Shown here piece by piece: positions 1-3,756 of a stretch of DNA of 6,414 nt (within the stretch, counting starts at the first letter, position 1; each line of letters starts with the position of its first letter). Location: the IMG/VR virus record IMGVR_UViG_3300045988_000112, positions 1-6,414 of that record. One strand, 5' to 3'. This stretch comes from a virus. The notes beneath the pieces are model-generated. The model ran no database searches, had not been told where the DNA came from, and saw nothing but the letters and a program-made list of their open reading frames with translations. The position numbers and the translations under genes were made by a program.

Positions 1-55
1 AAATGGTATTACTTCCTCTATTCCTTCATCTAGTTCATATTGGAAGCGTGATAAT
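1..55. repeat. Terminal redundancy, copy 1 (identical to 6360-6414). It marks circular closure.
   Basis: All 55 nt match those at the other window end exactly. Confidence 0.95.
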
Positions 56-1117
56 ATGTTCTCCCTTCGTTATTGTAACTGGAACAAGGACATGTTTATG
101 GGCATCCTTCCTAACTCTCAGTTCGGAGATGTCGCTGTAGTGAATCTAGGTGATTCTGGTTCTGGAACAGTTCCTGTTGGATTCCTTTCTGATACGGATG
201 TATTTACCCAGGCGTTCAATGCTGCCTCTATGTCTACTGTTTCGGATACATCTCCTATGGGTATTTCTGGCTCTACCCCTGTTTCTGCTCGTCAAGTTAT
301 GGTTGCTAGGATTAATAATGCTGATGTTGCTTCCTTTTCCATTCTTGCTCTTCGTCAAGCTGAAGCTCTTCAGAAATGGAAAGAGATCACTCAGTCTGTA
401 GATACCAATTATCGTGATCAGATTAAGGCTCATTTCGGTATTAATACCCCTGCCTCTATGTCTCATATGGCTCAGTATATTGGCGGCGTTGCCCGTAATC
501 TTGATATTTCCGAAGTTGTAAATAATAATCTTTATGAAGATGGCTCTGAGGCCGTTATTTATGGCAAAGGTGTTGGTACTGGTTCTGGTAAGATGCGTTA
601 TCATACTGGTTCTCAGTATTGTATTATCATGTGTATTTACCATGCTGTGCCTCTTTTGGATTATGCAATTTCAGGTCAAGATCCTCAATTGCTTTGTACT
701 TCTGTAGAGGATCTTCCTATTCCTGAATTTGACAATATTGGTATGGAGGCTGTTCCGGCTACTACTCTCTTTAATTCTGCTCGTTTCAATGGTACGTCTG
801 TCAAAGATTTCGTTGGTTACAATCCTCGTTATTGGCCTTGGAAATCTAAGATCGATCGTGTTCATGGTTCGTTTACCACTACTCTCAAAGATTGGGTTGC
901 TCCTATTGATGATAATTATTTGTATAAATGGTTCAGTCCTAAAAACGGTAAGTCTGCTTCTATTTCTTGGCCGTTTTTTAAGGTAAATCCCAATACCTTG
1001 GATTCTATTTTTGCTGTTGCTGCTGATTCTATTTGGGAAACTGATCAGCTTCTAGTTAATTGTGATGTTTCATGTAAGGTTGTTCGTCCTCTTTCTCAGG
1101 ATGGCATGCCTTATTAA
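1..1117 (+). CDS. VP1: Major capsid protein VP1 (phiX174 F-like jelly-roll capsid), C-terminal part. It continues from 5605..6359 across the circular junction. The codon phase starts at nt 2.
   Basis: The frame is open from nt 2 to the TAA at 1115-1117. nt 1-55 duplicate 6360-6414 and are in phase with the ORF that starts at 5605. The joined product is 623 aa, a size typical of Alpavirinae-type VP1. Codon bias is strongly T-ending, as in the other structural genes. The track entry 56..1117 is only the internal-Met version. Confidence 0.9.
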   Translation, partial: NGITSSIPSSSSYWKRDNMFSLRYCNWNKDMFMGILPNSQFGDVAVVNLGDSGSGTVPVGFLSDTDVFTQAFNAASMSTVSDTSPMGISGSTPVSARQVMVARINNADVASFSILALRQAEALQKWKEITQSVDTNYRDQIKAHFGINTPASMSHMAQYIGGVARNLDISEVVNNNLYEDGSEAVIYGKGVGTGSGKMRYHTGSQYCIIMCIYHAVPLLDYAISGQDPQLLCTSVEDLPIPEFDNIGMEAVPATTLFNSARFNGTSVKDFVGYNPRYWPWKSKIDRVHGSFTTTLKDWVAPIDDNYLYKWFSPKNGKSASISWPFFKVNPNTLDSIFAVAADSIWETDQLLVNCDVSCKVVRPLSQDGMPY

Positions 1118-1128
1118 TATTATTCATT

Positions 1129-1650
1129 ATGGAAAAACAAAGTTCGAATAAGGTTTGTTTTGGCCTTGGTTTTCGTAAGATAGATCCTTCTATTTCTGCT
1201 GTAGGATTTAATCCTTCTCTTCGTGAAAAGGAAATAGCTGTTGAAATTGATCCTGTTTCTAAGTTTTGTATTGAAACGACTGGTGAAGGTGAAGATAAAT
1301 GTTTTCGTTATCGTTCCGATATTTCTATGCTGCTTCATGCTAAGGATACTGCTAATAAGATTGGTATTGAAGGATTACGTTATCTTTCTGAATCTCGTAG
1401 GACAAAAACGTCTGCTATTCAATCTCAATTGGATCAGATGGATAATCAGCTTCTTTTGGATACCGTTAAGTCTCGACACTTACAGTCTCCTGCTGAGATT
1501 CTTGCTTGGTCCGAAAGTTTAACTCAGGTAGCTCATGAACTTGAAACTCGTGTTGCTGCCGAAGCTCGTAAGAAATATGATGAGGAAATTGCTGCCGCTG
1601 CTGCTGCTAGTAGTAGTTCTTCTGCTGGATCATCTGATTCGGCTGAATGA
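1129..1650 (+). CDS. 173-aa protein, possible internal scaffolding protein (gokushovirus VP3-like). It ends in an Ala/Ser-rich acidic tail.
   Basis: The ATG lies 11 nt after the VP1 stop, and the ORF shows the same T-ending codon bias. It sits between VP1 and VP2. The stretches NPSLREKE...KF and SRHLQSPAEILAW resemble, from memory, the PSLT.Q...KF and RF.N.P.EFL.F stretches of gokushovirus VP3 scaffolds. I could not run a search, so the function is tentative. Confidence 0.6.
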   Translation: MEKQSSNKVCFGLGFRKIDPSISAVGFNPSLREKEIAVEIDPVSKFCIETTGEGEDKCFRYRSDISMLLHAKDTANKIGIEGLRYLSESRRTKTSAIQSQLDQMDNQLLLDTVKSRHLQSPAEILAWSESLTQVAHELETRVAAEARKKYDEEIAAAAAASSSSSAGSSDSAE

Positions 1651-1657
1651 TAATTTT

Positions 1658-2764
1658 TTGATTTTGTCTGGTCTAGACCCTTTAAGTGTTGTTGGTCTTG
1701 GTCTTGGTGCTGTTTCAGGTATTGGTAATATTTTTTCTTCTGCTCATTCTAATTCTCAGAATATGAAGATTAATAGGATGAATAATGAGTTTAACGCTCG
1801 TGAAGCTGAAAAGGCTCGTCAATATCAGACTGAAATGTGGAATAAGACTAATGAGTGGAATTCTCCTAAGAACGTTCGTAAGCGTTTAGAAGAAGCTGGA
1901 TATAATCCTTATTTAGGATTGGATTCTTCTAATGTTGGTACAGCTCAGAGTGTTGGTTCTTCTTCTGCTTCCGCTGCTCCTCCTATTCAGAACAGTCCTG
2001 TTCAGTTTGATGGTTTTCAGAATGCTCTTTCGACTGCTATTCAGATGAGTAATCTTACAAAGGTATCTGATGCGGAAGTTCATAATCTTCAAGGTCAAAA
2101 AGGTTTAGCTGATGCTAAGGCTGCTGATACTCTTTCTAATATTGATTGGTATAAGTTTACTCCTGAGTATCGTAATTGGTTACAGACCACTGGTATGGCT
2201 CGTGCTCAGTTGTCTTTTAATACTGATAAGCAGAATCTTGAGAATATGCAATGGCTTAATAAGATTCAGCGCGCCCAACGTACTGATATTCTTTTATCTA
2301 ATCAGGCTAAAGGCATTATTAATAAGTATTTGGATTCTTCTCAATCCTTACAGTTAAAGATGATGGCTAATCAGTCTTTTCAAGCTTTTGCTTCTGGTCG
2401 TTTGTCTCTTCAGCAATGTAAAACTGAAGTTACTAAACAGCTTATGAATATGGCTGAAACTGAAGGTAAGAAAATCTCTAATAAGGTTGCTTCTGAAACC
2501 GCTGATCAAATGATTGGTGCTCTTCAATGGCAATATTCTTCTGATGAGATGTATTCTCGTGGTTATGCTGGTTATGCTCGTGAAGCAGGAAAATCTCGTG
2601 GAAAAGGTGATGTTGCTAAAGGTCAGCTTGATGAGTATAATTATAGTTCTCGTTATTGGAATACTGGTGTTGAATCTATTGGTCGTATTGGTAATGGCAT
2701 TGGTCTTCCTTTAATGCTTAGTCGTGGTCTTCGTGGTCCTAAGACTATTAAAGGCTTTCGTTGA
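1658..2764 (+). CDS. VP2: Minor capsid / DNA pilot protein VP2 (phiX174 H analogue). The start codon is uncertain. The proposed start is TTG 1658, and the longest ATG ORF is 1535..2764.
   Basis: The N-terminus is Gly-rich and hydrophobic (GLDPLSVVGLGLGAVSGIGNIF). It is followed by NAREAEKARQYQTEMWNKTNEWNSPKNVRKRLEEAGYNPYLG, which matches the conserved VP2 core pattern of non-phiX microviruses as I recall it. The rest is long, Q/N/S-rich and coiled-coil-like. Upstream of 1651 this frame uses CTG-type codons that are atypical for the genome, while the overlapping frame keeps the T-ending bias. That argues translation starts at about 1658-1664 (TTG/ATT/TTG). Confidence 0.75.
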   Translation: MILSGLDPLSVVGLGLGAVSGIGNIFSSAHSNSQNMKINRMNNEFNAREAEKARQYQTEMWNKTNEWNSPKNVRKRLEEAGYNPYLGLDSSNVGTAQSVGSSSASAAPPIQNSPVQFDGFQNALSTAIQMSNLTKVSDAEVHNLQGQKGLADAKAADTLSNIDWYKFTPEYRNWLQTTGMARAQLSFNTDKQNLENMQWLNKIQRAQRTDILLSNQAKGIINKYLDSSQSLQLKMMANQSFQAFASGRLSLQQCKTEVTKQLMNMAETEGKKISNKVASETADQMIGALQWQYSSDEMYSRGYAGYAREAGKSRGKGDVAKGQLDEYNYSSRYWNTGVESIGRIGNGIGLPLMLSRGLRGPKTIKGFR

Positions 2765-2785
2765 TTAAATTGTTTTGTTTCTCTT

Positions 2786-2836
2786 AAAAAAATGCGAGTG
2801 TTGTCTCCCGGTCGGAAGATGATACTCGTTTTTTTT
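2786..2836 (+). terminator. Rho-independent terminator closing the + strand transcription unit
   Basis: A7 (2786-2792) precedes a 12-bp stem, gcgagtgttgtc (2794-2805) paired with gatgatactcgt (2818-2829). The loop is 12 nt, and a T8 run follows (2829-2836). Four of the stem pairs are G-U, so the stem is complete only in + sense RNA. The element starts 22 nt after the VP2 stop. Confidence 0.6.
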
Positions 2837-2854
2837 ATCTATTTCTCTTATATA

Positions 2855-2968
2855 GCGCGAGCGACAAATACAGGGTTCTAGGGCGTTGCCCTAGAGCGTT
2901 AGCACCTTGATATCGCCAAAGGCGCAGTCGCTTTAGCGACCACTCTTGTCCTTAATCTCTTCTTAAGG
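2855..2968 (+). other. GC-rich island of short hairpins, a candidate ssDNA origin or primosome-recognition structure
   Basis: Four hairpins are present. The first has a 10-bp stem, 2875-2884 with 2888-2897, and a GTT loop. The second has a 4-bp stem, 2914-2917 with 2921-2924, and an AAA loop. The third has a 5-bp stem, 2927-2931 with 2936-2940, and a TTTA loop. The fourth has a 6-bp stem, ccttaa 2950-2955 with ttaagg 2963-2968. An alternative long-range pairing joins agcgac 2860-2865 to gtcgct 2927-2932. The island is clearly more GC-rich than the flanking AT-rich sequence and contains no ORF. Confidence 0.5.
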
Positions 2969-2982
2969 TAGCCGCCCTTCTG

Positions 2983-3005
2983 TCCTTCCCTACCTTTCCT
3001 TCCCT
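2983..3005 (+). repeat. Direct repeat TCCTTCCCT (2983-2991 and 2997-3005) inside a polypyrimidine tract
   Basis: The two 9-nt copies are exact and lie 14 nt apart. nt 2975-3005 contain only two purines (g2982 and a2992). Confidence 0.7.
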
Positions 3006-3038
3006 GTAAAATTAAAATAAAACCTGCTGCATAGAATA

Positions 3039-3079
3039 GACCGTTCGTTACGGTCCAGACGTTATTGTGAAACAATAAC
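3039..3079 (+). other. Two adjacent perfect hairpins in non-coding DNA
   Basis: The first pairs gaccgt 3039-3044 with acggtc 3050-3055 around a 5-nt loop. The second pairs gttattg 3061-3067 with caataac 3073-3079 around the loop tgaaa. Five nt separate them. Confidence 0.6.
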
Positions 3080-3154
3080 TATATTTTTGTAAATTCTTCT
3101 GATTTCCTGGCTGTAAATTTTAAATAATATTTAACTTTCTTGTTAATTTTTGTT

Positions 3155-3208
3155 GGCGAAGCCTATTTCATTTTTCCCGAAGGGTAATTACTTTATCTTA
3201 GTAATTAC
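3155..3208 (+). other. Two C-GAA-G triloop mini-hairpins followed by a 9-bp hairpin built from two GTAATTAC palindromes
   Basis: GGCGAAGCC lies at 3155-3163 and contains GCGAAGC. CCCGAAGGG lies at 3176-3184. gtaattact 3184-3192 pairs perfectly with agtaattac 3200-3208 around a 7-nt loop. GTAATTAC is itself a palindrome and occurs twice, 17 nt apart. Confidence 0.6.
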
Positions 3209-3287
3209 TCTCTATCCTTGTCATATATACGAAAAATGACACACCCCCCCCTAATACACCACTTTATTCATAATAATAGTTAATGAA

Positions 3288-3320
3288 TTTGCTTATTACA
3301 ATTATTCTTTGTTAGTTTTG
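3288..3320 (+). promoter_or_regulatory. Candidate Bacteroidetes-type sigma-A promoter (-33 TTTG and -7 TAnnTTTG)
   Basis: TTTG lies at 3288-3291 and TAGTTTTG at 3313-3320, an exact match to TAnnTTTG. The spacer is 21 nt. The motifs sit 20 nt upstream of the first ATG after the non-coding region, and an A10 leader with no Shine-Dalgarno sequence follows. Confidence 0.45.
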
Positions 3321-3340
3321 CATGTTAAAAAAAAAAGGTT

Positions 3341-3544
3341 ATGAAAATTACAGCTACTCAGTGGATTGAAATCGTTAAACTGATTGCCACATTCGTTATC
3401 GGTGTTATTACCACATTGTTTGTTCATTCTTGCACACTTTCCTTGAGTGTTTCTAAGAATAATACCAATTCTTCTCAAAAAACCGAGCAGACATCTACTT
3501 CATCTGTGGATTCTACTCATATTAATATTAATCCCAAGTACTAA
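3341..3544 (+). CDS. 67-aa small membrane protein, with either a signal-anchor or a lipoprotein-like signal peptide. Function is unknown.
   Basis: It is the first ORF after the candidate promoter and A-rich leader. The hydrophobic segment IVKLIATFVIGVITTLFV is followed by HSC, a lipobox-like V-H-S-C with Cys at residue 31. The tail is rich in Ser, Thr and Asn. Confidence 0.6.
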   Translation: MKITATQWIEIVKLIATFVIGVITTLFVHSCTLSLSVSKNNTNSSQKTEQTSTSSVDSTHININPKY

Positions 3545-3560
3545 TTTAAATTTTATTGTT

Positions 3561-3752
3561 ATGGAAAAGCAAGTATTGAAGAAAGAAGAAAAAACTTTTG
3601 TGAATGGTTTTATTGTTTCAGTTCAGTTGCCCGGTGTTCCACCGAAACAGTCATTTGTAGATACCTCTAGTTCTCTGGCAGAGACTGTCGCCTCTATTCT
3701 TGACTCTACTCCTCATGCTATCATTTTGATTCAAGCTTCTGTAAATCTTTGA
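3561..3752 (+). CDS. 63-aa hypothetical protein
   Basis: ATG 3561 lies 16 nt after the previous stop, and the ORF ends 4 nt before the VP4 ATG. The track's longer version (3447..3752) would overlap the 67-aa ORF by 98 nt in another frame, so I prefer the internal ATG. I recognise no motif. Confidence 0.5.
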   Translation: MEKQVLKKEEKTFVNGFIVSVQLPGVPPKQSFVDTSSSLAETVASILDSTPHAIILIQASVNL

Positions 3753-3756
3753 TAGT

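Noticed and set aside
1-55. Terminal direct repeat as a biological feature (DTR, cos-like end or transposon end)
   Set aside because: Microviridae genomes are circular ssDNA. The repeat lies inside the capsid ORF and preserves its frame. An exact 55-nt overlap is what a k-mer assembler leaves on a circular contig.
150-401. Alternative-frame + strand ORFs inside VP1, the 173-aa gene and VP2 (150..401, 729..986, 1241..1522, 2112..2357, 2514..2714)
   Set aside because: They are 66-93 codons long. Their products are almost pure Leu, Ile, Val and Phe strings produced by shifting a T-rich coding frame. They have no independent start context and no motif. Only the much longer ORF inside rep (4424..4963) seemed worth flagging.
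146-643. 165-aa ORF antisense to VP1, and similar antisense ORFs at 671..865, 1120..1338, 1913..2098, 4659..4901, 5248..5568 and 5593..5907
   Set aside because: All lie wholly inside well-supported + strand genes. Their products are low-complexity and rich in Arg, Asn, Ile and Thr, as expected from reading T-ending codons backwards. Microviruses transcribe one strand only, and the terminator is polar for the + sense.
2855-2945. GC-rich structured segment as a possible tRNA or tRNA-like gene
   Set aside because: There is no 7-bp acceptor pairing between its ends and no T-loop GTTCRANNC consensus. The arm spacings are not cloverleaf-like. The hairpins have 3-4 nt loops, which is typical of DNA hairpins.
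3082-3089. A second TAnnTTTG match (TATTTTTG) in the non-coding region as another promoter
   Set aside because: There is no TTTG at the expected -33 distance, only TTG at 3065-3067. No ORF follows it for about 250 nt. T-rich octamers are common in this AT-rich stretch.
3322-3329. ATGTTAAA, which matches 8 nt of the XerD arm of E. coli dif (TTATGTTAAAT)
   Set aside because: The sequence where the XerC arm and central region should be bears no resemblance to dif. The match overlaps the A10 run and the AT-rich promoter region, where such matches are cheap. The likely host is not enterobacterial.
3447-3560. Longer version of the 63-aa ORF starting at ATG 3447 (the 101-aa track entry)
   Set aside because: It would overlap the 67-aa ORF by 98 nt in another frame, and the extension is hydrophobic frame-shift-like sequence. 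ATG 3561 sits cleanly in the 16-nt intergenic gap.
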